In this document: in pieces, positions 1 to 10,507 of the stretch | Position numbering within the stretch: the stretch's first letter is position 1 | Layout of the letters: each line of letters starts with the position of its first letter | DNA from: Candidatus Cloacimonadota bacterium | GTDB lineage: Bacteria; Cloacimonadota; Cloacimonadia; Cloacimonadales; TCS61 | NCBI GenBank assembly: GCA_027064945.1 | Contig: JAMOPB010000237.1 | Location: 1 to 45,632, forward strand | DNA: 45,632 bases | Direction: 5' to 3' | Notes under the pieces: model-generated | What the model saw: only the letters and a program-made list of their open reading frames with translations | What the model was told of the DNA's origin: nothing | Database searches by the model: none | Position numbers and translations under genes: made by a program

Positions 1-90
1 TAATTGAACAGATTTTTTCATTGTCAAATTCCTTTAGGAAATATTATGCATATACGGACTTTAGTTCTTTCATTAAAATTAAAGGAAAAA

Positions 91-1704
91 TTAAGATTTG
101 ATCTCAATTTTTTTATAATTGATTTTAGCAATTTCGTCTACAGGAATTCCGTATTCTCGCAATCTGTTTTCTGTAGTTGCGTCCATAGCCTCAACAGTTT
201 TTAGTTTGCGAGCCGCTTTCATTGAATTTAAAAATTTATTAACTATATCATCAAACGATTTAATTGTTTGAGGAAAACTTTTAATGGTATAATCTGTTAC
301 AGAGTAATTGGTTTTTAATTGTACAGTACTTGCGTTTTTTTTGATGATTGGAAGCTGCATTAATTGATTATTTATAGCGTAAAGATTACCTCCAATTTTA
401 AAATAAGTGTCGTGTATGAGAGCTGGGACGCGTAACTTAGCCACATATGAACGCCCGTTTTCAGGCTTAATTTTGATCTTATATATATAAAAACGTGATC
501 GCCCATTATCTTTAATTTCTTTTTCAATTCCAAGAACATGCATTTTAAAATTTGGATCATCAAGTGATTCAATCAGTTTTTCTATATTACGATCGAGGTT
601 CTGATCGAATTCTACTTTTGTACGCCCAGGATCTGTTATCCATTTAACTCCTGTTGCTTTAAGCGCATTAATACCTATAGTTTTTTTATTATACATTTTA
701 TCAGAATCAATATTTTTCTTATACACGAACTGTTTGCGGTGTTCCGCGATTAATGTATCAAAACTTTGTGGTGTTCCTTCAATTTTGATTTCATTTTTAA
801 GAGCTTCATTTATAAGATTTGCTAATTCATTTGGATCACCTATGTTTATTTGCATATCTGGGTGTTCTGATAAAAATTTGCGAGTAATAGCAACAAGCGA
901 GTCGAGTTCTAATTTATCATCAATTTTTTTATTAAATTTTTTAATTAAAACTTCTTTTATCTTATCTGCTGTAATATTTTCAGGGTTTGGGATGTGTTGA
1001 TTTTGATTTTCAGCAGTTTGTGATAAAATGTTTTCTAATTGCTCATCCCGGTTTGATACAATTTTAGTTAATTTAGTAAATACAGTTTTAGGAACCTGCA
1101 TACTAGAATCAATTGTTAAGGATAAATATTTATTATTGTGGTAAAAAAATACATATCGGTCAGCAATTTGTACTGGAAATCTATATTCGTTTAATTTCAA
1201 ATATAATAATAATTTTTCCAGTTCCTGATATTCATGATTGAAATCTAATACCACTACTGTTTCGCTAGCACCTAGTTGTTTAGCCGCTGTTAGCATATTA
1301 TATATTGAATTTATAAGATTAAAAAAATCAGGTGCTACATATTTAATTCCGCGGCTGTTGACTAATTGCCAGAATGTTTTAGACACAGGACTCAGATCAA
1401 CTATTACTGGAGTATTTATAGAATTTTTAACAATTTTTTCTACTCGGATATTTTTAACTTCTTTTTTCAAATCATTGATATAATTTTGTATGCGGCGCAC
1501 AGCTATACCGCTAATCTGTATTTTATCAGGTACGATTATTGTTCTATAATGTTGCCTAAATTGTTGTTCACTTTCATACCATTTTTTAAAATCTGAAAGA
1601 GAAAAAGGTATATAGATTATATTTACACGAGCTTGCCACCAGTTAGCACGTGTGAATGGTGTAACAGGATTTTTAATGCCTGCTTTAAAATTTAACATAT
1701 CCAT
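91..1704 (-). CDS. hypothetical protein (537 aa)
   Basis: Long uninterrupted ORF. ATG at 1704 has AAAAGGA about 8 nt upstream, and a conserved GCCCCAATCATTAGCA element (1726-1741) lies just upstream. No domain recognised confidently. Confidence 0.55.
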   Translation of the reverse strand: MDMLNFKAGIKNPVTPFTRANWWQARVNIIYIPFSLSDFKKWYESEQQFRQHYRTIIVPDKIQISGIAVRRIQNYINDLKKEVKNIRVEKIVKNSINTPVIVDLSPVSKTFWQLVNSRGIKYVAPDFFNLINSIYNMLTAAKQLGASETVVVLDFNHEYQELEKLLLYLKLNEYRFPVQIADRYVFFYHNNKYLSLTIDSSMQVPKTVFTKLTKIVSNRDEQLENILSQTAENQNQHIPNPENITADKIKEVLIKKFNKKIDDKLELDSLVAITRKFLSEHPDMQINIGDPNELANLINEALKNEIKIEGTPQSFDTLIAEHRKQFVYKKNIDSDKMYNKKTIGINALKATGVKWITDPGRTKVEFDQNLDRNIEKLIESLDDPNFKMHVLGIEKEIKDNGRSRFYIYKIKIKPENGRSYVAKLRVPALIHDTYFKIGGNLYAINNQLMQLPIIKKNASTVQLKTNYSVTDYTIKSFPQTIKSFDDIVNKFLNSMKAARKLKTVEAMDATTENRLREYGIPVDEIAKINYKKIEIKS

Positions 1705-1725
1705 AGCGGTCCTTTTAAATTATTT

Positions 1726-1741
1726 TGCTAATGATTGGGGC
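1726..1741 (-). promoter_or_regulatory. GCCCCAATSATTAGCA element upstream of 91-1704
   Basis: The minus strand reads gaatGCCCCAATCATTAGCAaaataatttaaaaggaccgctATG. Confidence 0.35.
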
Positions 1742-1754
1742 ATTCATGAATCTC

Positions 1755-1795
1755 AAAAAAAACAAAAAAAACTGCGGAACAAGAGATCCGCAGTT
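1755..1795 (-). terminator. intrinsic terminator after 1998-2897
   Basis: Stem aactgcgga (1770-1778)/tccgcagtt (1787-1795). The A-run at 1755-1769 on plus is the U-run on minus. Confidence 0.75.
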
Positions 1796-1997
1796 TTATA
1801 CTGTAGAAGGAGGGGTTTTGTTAAGAGCCGCCTTTCTTCTTTCAATAATATTTTTTTGTATATTATAAACCTTTTCTATCATGTATAAGGGGAGGGATAA
1901 TAATTCAGAAAAACTGAATGGCAACATTTGAAAGCTAGCATTATACATGTAATCGGATAATGCGTTTTCCCAATAAGCTTCTTTTTCATGCGGCTCG

Positions 1998-2897
1998 TTA
2001 AATAGAAAAGGTTTTACGAAAAAACTCGCTTTCAGGTGATACAGACCAATTGAAATTGTGTCCGCAATGCTCGCACGTTACAGGTACTTTAAGATCAATA
2101 ACATATTTATTAAATGAATCATTGATAAATTTGTTAATTTCATCGTGTACTTCTAATGGGGCGTTATCCAAGTAAGGTCTAATTTCCGTAATCATATCTT
2201 TAAGTACATATGTTTCTTCTTTACCTGTTTCCTCATTCATATATTTAAACTCAAGAGATTCGATAAACATTAATAAAGTATCTGTGCTGTCGATTATTTG
2301 ACCTTTTTGAATTAAATTTTTACGTACAGTATCAAAATTCATAGACTCATAAACTTTATTTCTTTTAAGTTCTGTCGGCATTTTAATAGAAACTGTTAAT
2401 ACATTATCAAACATTGTTTTTGTAAATACTTTTTCGTATACCGGAAGATCTTCTTCCCAAACAGGAATTTTGCTTTCTGGATTACTGAATAAATCTGAAA
2501 TTACCAAATCATATTCTGTTAATTCACCACATTCAGGACAGTACGCTGTTCTTTTAGGAAGTTTTGTATATGATGCATCAAGCAGCAATGCTATAAGAAT
2601 TTCTTTATCAGGACTAGTTAGTTTAGATTCAAAATCTTCAAAACTAGCAAATTCAATGCCGTTATACTGACCTTTTTGATACAGGAATTCATTGATCATT
2701 TTATTAAAAGTGAGCATAGATGTGCGTGCTGTTTTAATTTTTAAATCATCATGTCCTGTTAATGGATTCATAGTAACTTCTACGTCTTTAAGAAGTGCGA
2801 GTTTTGCACTAACTTTTCTTGCTTCAATAACTTTTTGAGTTGCCTCAAGTGCCTTTAAAAATGCCGGTTTTACAGCATTCGGATCAAATGTTTGCAT
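1998..2897 (-). CDS. zinc-ribbon protein (two CxxC pairs), virion-block associated
   Basis: 299-aa ORF with AAGGAG 7 nt before ATG 2897. Motifs YCPECGELT and TCEHCGHNF form a four-Cys zinc ribbon. Flanked by terminator hairpins on both sides. Confidence 0.55.
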   Translation of the reverse strand: MQTFDPNAVKPAFLKALEATQKVIEARKVSAKLALLKDVEVTMNPLTGHDDLKIKTARTSMLTFNKMINEFLYQKGQYNGIEFASFEDFESKLTSPDKEILIALLLDASYTKLPKRTAYCPECGELTEYDLVISDLFSNPESKIPVWEEDLPVYEKVFTKTMFDNVLTVSIKMPTELKRNKVYESMNFDTVRKNLIQKGQIIDSTDTLLMFIESLEFKYMNEETGKEETYVLKDMITEIRPYLDNAPLEVHDEINKFINDSFNKYVIDLKVPVTCEHCGHNFNWSVSPESEFFRKTFSI

Positions 2898-2935
2898 CCA
2901 TGTACTCCTTATTATAAGATTTATTTTTTAGTTTT

Positions 2936-2983
2936 AAAAAAACAAAAAAGAAAAACTGAGATCAAACGGGTACGATCTCAGTT
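2936..2983 (-). terminator. intrinsic terminator after 2985-5342
   Basis: Stem aactgagatc (2954-2963)/gatctcagtt (2974-2983). Long A-run on plus immediately to the left. Confidence 0.8.
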
Positions 2984-2984
2984 A

Positions 2985-5342
2985 TCAAGAAATTATGAAT
3001 TTAATATCCATATTATTCACATCGAAATGGAAATATGTTGGAACGCTTGTGAGTTGGTCATCTACATTATAATTACCGTTTTCAATTATACTGTCCCATT
3101 TTTCAACAACTAAAGTTTTAGGGCTCTCGACCGTGACTTCATTAATTATATCAGGATACATCTCTTTTATTAATTTAATAATAGATGTTGTATAAATTTC
3201 TATTCCATCGCCTTCATTATCATTCAAATACCCGAGAACTGCAAGACTGATATCAGTTTTAAGGTCAATTAAGGTTAGACCGCTGGAACTTAATGCGTTG
3301 CTATCGTATTTAATTTCAATAGATACTGGATATCTAGCTAACAGATCATTGTTATCGTTTATTTGTACGCCGTCTGCTACGATGTTATCAACATCAATTG
3401 TATTCATTAATGCTTGGTTAATTGATATATTAAAAGCAATTTTATTTTTAAGATCTTTTTCGGATATTATAAAATAATCAACAAAACTGGATTCATATTT
3501 TATATCGTTCGCAAAATTATCATGATATTCTTTTTTAATGAAAGGTAAAAAAAGCAATTTTTCAGTTCCATCTTGGAAAGTATATTTTTTATGATTTTGA
3601 ATTTTCTTCATTACAACAACACTATTTACCACATTATATTCGTGAATATTGTAATTAGTAGAATCATTTCGCAAATTAACGCTATTTATGATTAAATCTT
3701 TATCAAAAAACTTATTGTAAATAAGTTCAGAGCTGCTGATATCAGCACGATAACTATTCGCGCTACTGAGTTCATAGTTACCAACATTACTTTCAATTAT
3801 TAAAGTATAACCTGCTCCAAAAGCATTCGATTCAAAATAAAATGCTTCATTTGTAGCATCCCATTTAATATATAATTCTATATTGATTTCAGGATTTGAG
3901 TTAATTCTTAATATAGTTAATGGAATACGTAGATTATCGTATTTATAATATGATGTTACTTTACCATTATAATCTATATATGTGAGTGGTGAAATAAGTT
4001 GTACTCCATTATATACATATTCAGGATTGATGCACCAGTTATTAGCCGAAAAACAGCTGCTAGTATCTATATTGAGTGTTGTACTTTCAACTATTTCATA
4101 AGTATAAGGATTTCTCAAAATATTATAAACTGATACAATAGGGCTGCTTGTATCTATTTGACGCGAAATAACCGTAGCAAATTTTTTAGTAACTGGATTT
4201 GCAAAATATTTTTCGAAATCAAGTTGTGTGATTAATGAATTTCTTTCAGTAATTTTTTTCAAAATTCCGAATCTAATATCATCAATGCTACTAGCATCTT
4301 GCCCACCGCTTGCTGGAGTTTCTGTTTTTACATTAAGATTTACAGTATTAAATACAATTGTATCATTTGTATTTGTGTCAATTTCATAATAATTTATGTT
4401 TTCAATTTGAGCAAGCCCGCTAGGCACATTACCAGCTGCACCGAGACTGAATTCAACAATAGTTATAACTTCATCATTAGTGGATAATTTATATCCATAT
4501 AATCCGTTACCTAGTGTAAATGTGATATTTTGGTAATCAGTCAAATTAGCGAATATCACTTTTTCAGTAGATGTTGTGTTAAATTTAAAATATTTTAGAT
4601 CAAATTCTTCAAGTTGTGGATAAATATTCGTAATTGCATCAATTGGTAAATGCTCTATTCCTGTTGTGTCGATCGGTGGATTGCTGTTTGTATTGACATA
4701 TGTTTTCATTAAATATAATTGATGTCCTTCAGGTATTGGTATATTGTACGATACATTATCGCCTATATCATATGCCGGAACCACAAACTTATCAACAATT
4801 CTTTCTACTTGTCTTACTTTATCATCTGGAATAATAATAAAGTATGTAGGAGTATTATTATCATCGACACTATCAATTATATCAAGTTGATATGTACCGA
4901 TTCCGTCTGTTAAAGTTGCGGTAATTGCATTTTCCGTAATTTCTACATTTATTTCGCCTTCGATTCTGAAAGCTGCATTATTAATTTCAAAATATGAGAA
5001 AGATGGAACTGTGTACTTTAACTTACGGTTGCTATTAACGGTGACTTTAGGAATCATAAGATAAGAAGTTACTTTAGATGGTAACGCTAAGTTGAAATCA
5101 TATGAATAGACTGATGCATGGAATAACATAGATTTAAAATTCTGTGCTGTAGCTACATTGAATTCTTTAGTAACATATTCATAATATTTTTGTGCGTCAA
5201 ACGCAATATTTGAAAGCATATTGGCCAGCACAGATAGCGCCCCACTTGTTAATAATTTAGTATCTTTAATACCTAGGTTGGTTTGTAAGTCATAATTTAT
5301 CTGTGACAGATATTCTTCTGGCGTGTTTATTAAATTTGCCAT
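2985..5342 (-). CDS. baseplate wedge protein, Baseplate_J / T4 gp6-like
   Basis: 785-aa ORF. The N-terminal ~100 aa (TPEEYLSQINYDLQ..SGALSVLANMLSNIAFDAQKYYEYVTKEF..ATAQNFKSML) follows the pattern I associate with Baseplate_J family proteins. Size and virion context fit. Motif-level only. Confidence 0.45.
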   Translation of the reverse strand: MANLINTPEEYLSQINYDLQTNLGIKDTKLLTSGALSVLANMLSNIAFDAQKYYEYVTKEFNVATAQNFKSMLFHASVYSYDFNLALPSKVTSYLMIPKVTVNSNRKLKYTVPSFSYFEINNAAFRIEGEINVEITENAITATLTDGIGTYQLDIIDSVDDNNTPTYFIIIPDDKVRQVERIVDKFVVPAYDIGDNVSYNIPIPEGHQLYLMKTYVNTNSNPPIDTTGIEHLPIDAITNIYPQLEEFDLKYFKFNTTSTEKVIFANLTDYQNITFTLGNGLYGYKLSTNDEVITIVEFSLGAAGNVPSGLAQIENINYYEIDTNTNDTIVFNTVNLNVKTETPASGGQDASSIDDIRFGILKKITERNSLITQLDFEKYFANPVTKKFATVISRQIDTSSPIVSVYNILRNPYTYEIVESTTLNIDTSSCFSANNWCINPEYVYNGVQLISPLTYIDYNGKVTSYYKYDNLRIPLTILRINSNPEINIELYIKWDATNEAFYFESNAFGAGYTLIIESNVGNYELSSANSYRADISSSELIYNKFFDKDLIINSVNLRNDSTNYNIHEYNVVNSVVVMKKIQNHKKYTFQDGTEKLLFLPFIKKEYHDNFANDIKYESSFVDYFIISEKDLKNKIAFNISINQALMNTIDVDNIVADGVQINDNNDLLARYPVSIEIKYDSNALSSSGLTLIDLKTDISLAVLGYLNDNEGDGIEIYTTSIIKLIKEMYPDIINEVTVESPKTLVVEKWDSIIENGNYNVDDQLTSVPTYFHFDVNNMDIKFIIS

Positions 5343-5344
5343 GA

Positions 5345-6199
5345 TTATCCTTTATATGGGCGAAGTAACCCTTTTTCTACACATAGGTCTATAAATTCTC
5401 TAAATAACACTGAATCTGTATAAAATTTAGAAAAATGATCATTTGAAGACATTTTTTTGGTTGTAGGATACACAGAACGATCGTGGTCGACTATATTATA
5501 TTGGATATTTTTCATATAATGATTATTTTGACCTCTTTGGCCAAATGAATCTGATAGCGTATCATTAGAAGGAAAAACACCAACATATTTAACTATTTCT
5601 CGAGGTCGCAAATCAATTGGATTATATGCATATGCCCAAATTTGACCATAATAAGGAACCGGGTAAAATATATCAGTATCTTTTGCTAGATATTCATCTG
5701 GCAGGTCAACAAAACCTTTTTTTAAATCACTCATAAAATCTATCCACATCATATGTGTAAATTCTACCAAATTTCTTTCTTCGAGATATGTTATCGATAT
5801 ATTGTTTATTTTTGTATCATATGAAAAAACATTTTGATTTAAATGTCTTAAATTATAATTGTCTGCGCTTGCGTTAACTGTACCCGGATCTATCTGAAAA
5901 GCAAGTTTCATACTATTCATCATGAATTCTTTTATTACATCAGCATATTCAACAATTGAACTACCATATTTGTCTTGTAATCTTTTATCATGTTTTATTA
6001 ATTCCGGCCATGGACCTGGATCTACAAATATAACATAACCGCCGTTAAAATTTGGAGTATATTCATACAAAAGATCATGTGTAACATACTGATTCAATTG
6101 GCTTTGATAATCCGTATATAATTTACCGGAAAGAACGCTTTTACTCGGTGTAATTGTTGCTTGTTCATTCAATCCTAGGTTAACTATATAATCCTTCAT
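5345..6199 (-). CDS. hypothetical virion protein, possible tail-tube-fold (T4 gp19/gp48/gp54-like)
   Basis: 284-aa ORF tightly packed after 6180-6854. The segment ISITYLEERNLVEFTHMMWIDF...YYGQIWAYAYNP..VKYVGVFPSNDTLSDSF resembles the tube-family pattern. Weak. Confidence 0.3.
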   Translation of the reverse strand: MKDYIVNLGLNEQATITPSKSVLSGKLYTDYQSQLNQYVTHDLLYEYTPNFNGGYVIFVDPGPWPELIKHDKRLQDKYGSSIVEYADVIKEFMMNSMKLAFQIDPGTVNASADNYNLRHLNQNVFSYDTKINNISITYLEERNLVEFTHMMWIDFMSDLKKGFVDLPDEYLAKDTDIFYPVPYYGQIWAYAYNPIDLRPREIVKYVGVFPSNDTLSDSFGQRGQNNHYMKNIQYNIVDHDRSVYPTTKKMSSNDHFSKFYTDSVLFREFIDLCVEKGLLRPYKG

Positions 6200-6854
6200 T
6201 GTCCTCGCCTTTCATCGGAATATCATATTTTGGAACATCTATAATGTTTGATATTTTTTGAATCAATTCTAAAAGATCAAATTCGAATCCCACGATCATA
6301 TGATAAAGTGTATCTGCAGGCAGTGTTAAAGCAATTTCATCCAATATACCTACATACATAGCAATACGTTTTAATTGATCAAATTCATCTATATCATACT
6401 TGAGTTCCATTAAATCTATTAAATTTTCGAGATATTTTTTCAATTTTTCTAGACGTTGAATAAGATATATTTTGGTGAATATTTCTTGTGTTTGAGATAT
6501 TTGAATAGCTACAATATCATCCTCATCGATTTGAGGTTCTTCACCTTCGGCTGGCTGTTCTCCAGCTGGCTGTTCTCCAGCTGGCTGTTCTCCAGCTGGC
6601 TGCTCTTCAGCTGGTTGCCCTTCACCTTCGGCAGGCTGACCTTCAACAAGCTGTTCCCCACCTTCAGCAGGCTGCTCTTCAGCTGGTTGTGGCTGCATAG
6701 GTTCTTCTATATACCAGAGTCCACCCTCGTCATCTTCACCATTATCTAAAGGTATTAATCCTTCATCATTTTCATAGAAAACCTGAAAAGAAGCACGTTC
6801 AATAATTGAACGGCGTTCTTCCAATATATCCAAAATATTTTTGTCAATTATCAT
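6180..6854 (-). CDS. acidic protein with (EQPAG)n low-complexity repeat, scaffold-like composition
   Basis: 224-aa ORF. It contains QPAEEQPAEGGEQLVEGQPAEGEGQPAEEQPAGEQPAGEQPAGEQPAEGEE, encoded by 15-bp tandem repeats at 6551-6625. Overlaps the next gene by 20 nt. Confidence 0.5.
   Translation of the reverse strand: MIIDKNILDILEERRSIIERASFQVFYENDEGLIPLDNGEDDEGGLWYIEEPMQPQPAEEQPAEGGEQLVEGQPAEGEGQPAEEQPAGEQPAGEQPAGEQPAEGEEPQIDEDDIVAIQISQTQEIFTKIYLIQRLEKLKKYLENLIDLMELKYDIDEFDQLKRIAMYVGILDEIALTLPADTLYHMIVGFEFDLLELIQKISNIIDVPKYDIPMKGEDNEGLYS
6541..6695 (-). repeat. in-frame 15-bp tandem repeat (ctggctgttctccag x3 plus variants)
   Basis: Exact copies at 6551-6565, 6566-6580 and 6581-6595. Diverged copies flank them. 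Encodes (EQPAG)n. Confidence 0.9.
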
Positions 6855-6863
6855 GCTTAGTCC

Positions 6864-8045
6864 TTAAACCAATGTGCGTTCAAATTTATCCATTTTACTC
6901 ATGGTTTTTTGGAAGAAATAGAATAAAATATACATATAAAGTTTACGAAGTTTTAGTTTTTGAGTAGCGGATACTTTCATGAGAGTATTGATTCCAAAAA
7001 TTTCTTTTAACGATTCATCAATAAGTTGTTTAAGATTGTTAGAATAAACTTCGTTTTTACGCATCAATATTTTGTCAACCGTATGTAGTATAGGTAATCT
7101 GTGTATATCGTTTTCTGATTTCACTCCTACAGCCATTAAAAATTGGCTTATTTGATGTTTGATTTCGTTTGGATGATGTTTAATATATTCAATAATTTTA
7201 TCAACTGCTAATTCTGTTACCACAAGTCTTTTGGTTAAAAATAGTTTTTCTGAAATCGGCATATCAGGAAATTTTATAGTAATTGCTTTTTCAAACTTAT
7301 CAACCAACATATCTACAGCACCTTGGAGTAAATGATCTTCAATTTTTAATACTCCTTGGTCGTCTTTTGATAAAGTTTCGATTGCAGCATCTATATTTTT
7401 ATCATTAACATGTTTATAATATAATTGAGCTACATTCTTAAAAACTTGATTTAATCGTCCCCATGTTTGCATAAACAATCTAACAGCCATCTCACTTGGA
7501 TTCTTTTTGATCTGTTCACCATATTTTTTATCAAGAGTATCAATAAAATATGCAATTAGTTCAAGAGGTGTTCTGTTTTTTAGTAACGATTTATTATTAA
7601 GACGTACGCGCTTAATGAATTCTGCTACGTTTTCTTTACATCCGTTTTTAAAATATTTATATTGCATTCCGTTATACAACTTAACAAGTGTTAAGAACAT
7701 AGCAATTTTACGCAATTCATCATCATTTGAATAAAGTCCAATAAAATATAAAATCATAGTTGATTGATAATATGGATCTTCGAACATTCGATTTGTATGA
7801 AACTGAAGTTTTTTAAAATCTTCTTTTATTTTATTAAACGGCACGCCGTACACATCAAACAATTGATCTGGTAATCTATGTGGTATCTGAAATCTGTAAC
7901 AGAAAGTGCTAGCACTTTGGGCATTTAAATAAAGCTGTGAAGTTACCTGTTGTAATTTTTGTTTTAAGTTTGTTCTTAAAGAACTGTTTTTTTTAAATTT
8001 TTCTATTATATAATCAATAGACTCAGCGCCTGTGTAAATAGCCAT
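6864..8045 (-). CDS. hypothetical protein (393 aa, helical)
   Basis: ORF with AAAGGAAAA SD before ATG 8045. It has its own sigma70-like promoter at 8074-8102. Confidence 0.55.
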   Translation of the reverse strand: MAIYTGAESIDYIIEKFKKNSSLRTNLKQKLQQVTSQLYLNAQSASTFCYRFQIPHRLPDQLFDVYGVPFNKIKEDFKKLQFHTNRMFEDPYYQSTMILYFIGLYSNDDELRKIAMFLTLVKLYNGMQYKYFKNGCKENVAEFIKRVRLNNKSLLKNRTPLELIAYFIDTLDKKYGEQIKKNPSEMAVRLFMQTWGRLNQVFKNVAQLYYKHVNDKNIDAAIETLSKDDQGVLKIEDHLLQGAVDMLVDKFEKAITIKFPDMPISEKLFLTKRLVVTELAVDKIIEYIKHHPNEIKHQISQFLMAVGVKSENDIHRLPILHTVDKILMRKNEVYSNNLKQLIDESLKEIFGINTLMKVSATQKLKLRKLYMYILFYFFQKTMSKMDKFERTLV

Positions 8046-8073
8046 CGATTTTCCTTTATAAAAGTTATTTGAA

Positions 8074-8102
8074 ATTATATCAAGTTTTTGGGTTTAGATC
8101 AA
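8074..8102 (-). promoter_or_regulatory. sigma70/sigmaA-type promoter with extended -10 for 6864-8045
   Basis: The minus strand reads TTGATC-17 nt-TATAAT with TG one base upstream of the -10 (TGATATAAT). It lies about 28 nt upstream of ATG 8045, leaving room for the AAAGGA SD. Confidence 0.55.
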
Positions 8103-8182
8103 GATATATCTATAATACCGTCCCAGTATGATTCATAGTTGTATGATATTAAAGATATCAGTTTTCTTGTCCATGAATATTT

Positions 8183-8221
8183 GCGAAAAAGCAAGAAAGC
8201 AGAGGTCTGAACTAGACCTCT
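8183..8221 (-). terminator. weak terminator after the portal gene
   Basis: Stem agaggtct (8201-8208)/agacctct (8214-8221). Only a moderately U-rich tail. Confidence 0.4.
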
Positions 8222-8248
8222 ACTGTTTATCAAAGTTATTTTTGATTT

Positions 8249-10507
8249 TTAATACCCCATTCCGTTTCCTTGTTCTTGAGGCATCATTGCTTGTTGTACT
8301 TGTTGTTGTATAGCTTGACTAGCTTGTAATTTTTCTTGATATTTATCACCTGCTTGTTTTACTGCATCCCAATCAATTATCTTAATAAAGCGTTTTAAAA
8401 TCCATACAGGATCAGTTGGCAAGTTAACAGAATTTAGTAAATTAATAATATTAGTTGCGCTTGATAATGTTGATTCTAAATGTTGTAATACGAGGACAAG
8501 CGGTGGGTTAAGTTTTATGTCTATATATCTTGAAAGCGTTGTAAATTCTGGCTCACGACCATTTAAAATGTATAACTGTTTAGTTACCGCGTTAACTAGT
8601 TCTTCGAGTGATTCATTAATAAATGTTTGAAATGTATCAATTTTTGTAGCAAAAATAATATTGACGTTTACTATCTGTTCTCTTAAATCATATGTGTCAG
8701 TTATACCGAGCATAGGTGACGGTATACCAGAAGCTGCGATTAAATCAGCTTTTAATGTGTCCAATTCATTCATTGGTAATGATCTGTCATGCATAGGCAT
8801 AATTTCTAAATCAACAAAACGTTTTCCGTCTTGCGAAATTGTTACAAAATCTTTATAGTCAGAAACCATTTGGCTGACATCTTTAAGTTTCATAATATCT
8901 TCAAAACTGATAGTTTGGTTTCTTAGCTCGCGTTTAAATTTTTCTATCAATTCGGCATGATTTTTGTGAGAACCTGCTTCGATTGTCCATTTACGAACAA
9001 TTGATGCACGATTCATTCTTGAAATAATGCTTGAAAGTAAGCCGATTAAATAAAGACGTGCCGGAAACAACACAGTATCGAAAATCGATGTTCCATATGG
9101 TGCATATTTATCGATCGGATTGGTAAAATTAACCATTTCATCAGCTGGCACATAGCGAATAGTTATTTTTGCGTAGTTTTCGTATAAATCATATAATAAT
9201 GATTTCAATGCATGGATTGTGTTTTCATCACTAATTAAATTGATTAATTCGTTTATTTTTGTAATTTTATGTTTATTTTTAATTTTTTTAAATACATTTT
9301 TTAACAATTCATCTAATTGATTTCCAGTTTCTGCATTTTTGTCTTCAAAATTCGAACCTGATTTACCAAAAGATTTTTGTATTGTGTCTACAAAATTATA
9401 CTTTTCAGTATTAGCTGATCCGTTTGAAGTTTTCTTGTCTGTCCCTTCAATAACTAAATAACCATATTTATTACCATTTTTTTCAAGTATGATAACATTT
9501 TCAGGTGTAACATATTTTAAGTTGATAAATTTGATTTTTGTTAAATCAAGAGATCTAATTCCTTCAATCATCTGATTTACTGAAATATTATCATTTATTT
9601 CTTCAAATAAAATTTGTGATTCAAAACTAAGATCACCTGATTTTTCCTCCATTAGCAAATTTATCTGTCTGTCGAAATCAAGTTCTGTTTTACTAATTGC
9701 TGTATTCAGTTCTTCCATTATAGATTCATAATATATATTTGAAAGGTCAAATTCCACATTAAGGCCGAGTTTATGTGAATTATAATTGATTTTAATATCT
9801 TCGAGTTTAGAATATTGTTCTGTCAATATTGCTAATGATCCTTTTTTATTTTCTATATCAGCAAACTTGTTTAAATTTATTACTTCAACAAAAAAGTTAC
9901 CTAGCACCAGTTGTTTAGGAAGTATATCATTTTTCAAACGTTTTTGAATATCAAAATAAGCAAAAATCATTTTTACAAGTTTTAACAATACTTGTTTGTC
10001 TGTATCAGCAACTGACTTATCTTGTTCAAGCATTTCGCTATATAAAATATCAATGAATTGTTTTGTATAAGGATTTTTAATCAAAATATTATCAAGATAT
10101 ACTTGTATCATTCTAGTTGCTATATATAATTCATATGGTAATTGAGAATATTGTTTATAGCGTTCTAGTCTTTCTTTTGGAATTGAAAGATTTTCAAACT
10201 GTGTTAAAATAGATTCATCGAGACCTTGTGCTCTCTCTTTAACATCTTCTTGTAAAGATTTAGATTCTTTTTTATCTTTATATACACCAGTTAAAGAACG
10301 TAAATTTATACTTTGTATATTATTTAAAAGCGTGTCGTCTTGAGTATTCATTTTTGTTAATAAATCCTCAAAGGCAGCGTCCAGAGTTTTATCTAGAATC
10401 CCGAGCTTTTTTACAGGATCCAATACATCGCCGCTGTTTTCTTGTTCTATGTTTTCTGTTTGATTTTGATTTTCTGGAATTCCATAGCTATCATCTGTAT
10501 AAGCCAT
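8249..10507 (-). CDS. portal protein (T4 gp20-like pattern)
   Basis: 752-aa ORF. PYGTSIFDTVLFPARLYLIGLLSSIISRMNRASIVRKWTIEAG matches the portal core pattern (YG.S.....R.....L......R..RA..R......G) recalled from gp20-type portals. It has a Q-rich C-terminal tail, and size and context fit. Confidence 0.65.
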   Translation of the reverse strand: MAYTDDSYGIPENQNQTENIEQENSGDVLDPVKKLGILDKTLDAAFEDLLTKMNTQDDTLLNNIQSINLRSLTGVYKDKKESKSLQEDVKERAQGLDESILTQFENLSIPKERLERYKQYSQLPYELYIATRMIQVYLDNILIKNPYTKQFIDILYSEMLEQDKSVADTDKQVLLKLVKMIFAYFDIQKRLKNDILPKQLVLGNFFVEVINLNKFADIENKKGSLAILTEQYSKLEDIKINYNSHKLGLNVEFDLSNIYYESIMEELNTAISKTELDFDRQINLLMEEKSGDLSFESQILFEEINDNISVNQMIEGIRSLDLTKIKFINLKYVTPENVIILEKNGNKYGYLVIEGTDKKTSNGSANTEKYNFVDTIQKSFGKSGSNFEDKNAETGNQLDELLKNVFKKIKNKHKITKINELINLISDENTIHALKSLLYDLYENYAKITIRYVPADEMVNFTNPIDKYAPYGTSIFDTVLFPARLYLIGLLSSIISRMNRASIVRKWTIEAGSHKNHAELIEKFKRELRNQTISFEDIMKLKDVSQMVSDYKDFVTISQDGKRFVDLEIMPMHDRSLPMNELDTLKADLIAASGIPSPMLGITDTYDLREQIVNVNIIFATKIDTFQTFINESLEELVNAVTKQLYILNGREPEFTTLSRYIDIKLNPPLVLVLQHLESTLSSATNIINLLNSVNLPTDPVWILKRFIKIIDWDAVKQAGDKYQEKLQASQAIQQQVQQAMMPQEQGNGMGY

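Noticed and set aside
4-204. 66-aa plus-strand ORF at the left edge.
   Set aside because: It overlaps the 3' end of the 537-aa minus-strand gene, has no SD, and gives a low-complexity translation.
91-1704. RNAP beta-subunit N-terminal fragment, based on LRVPALIHDTYFKIGGNLYAINNQLMQLPIIKK resembling the beta FIINGxERVIVSQ segment.
   Set aside because: This is a single short motif at the wrong relative position (residue ~440 of 537, against ~140 in beta). No other beta motifs are present and the ORF ends shortly after. It is kept as hypothetical.
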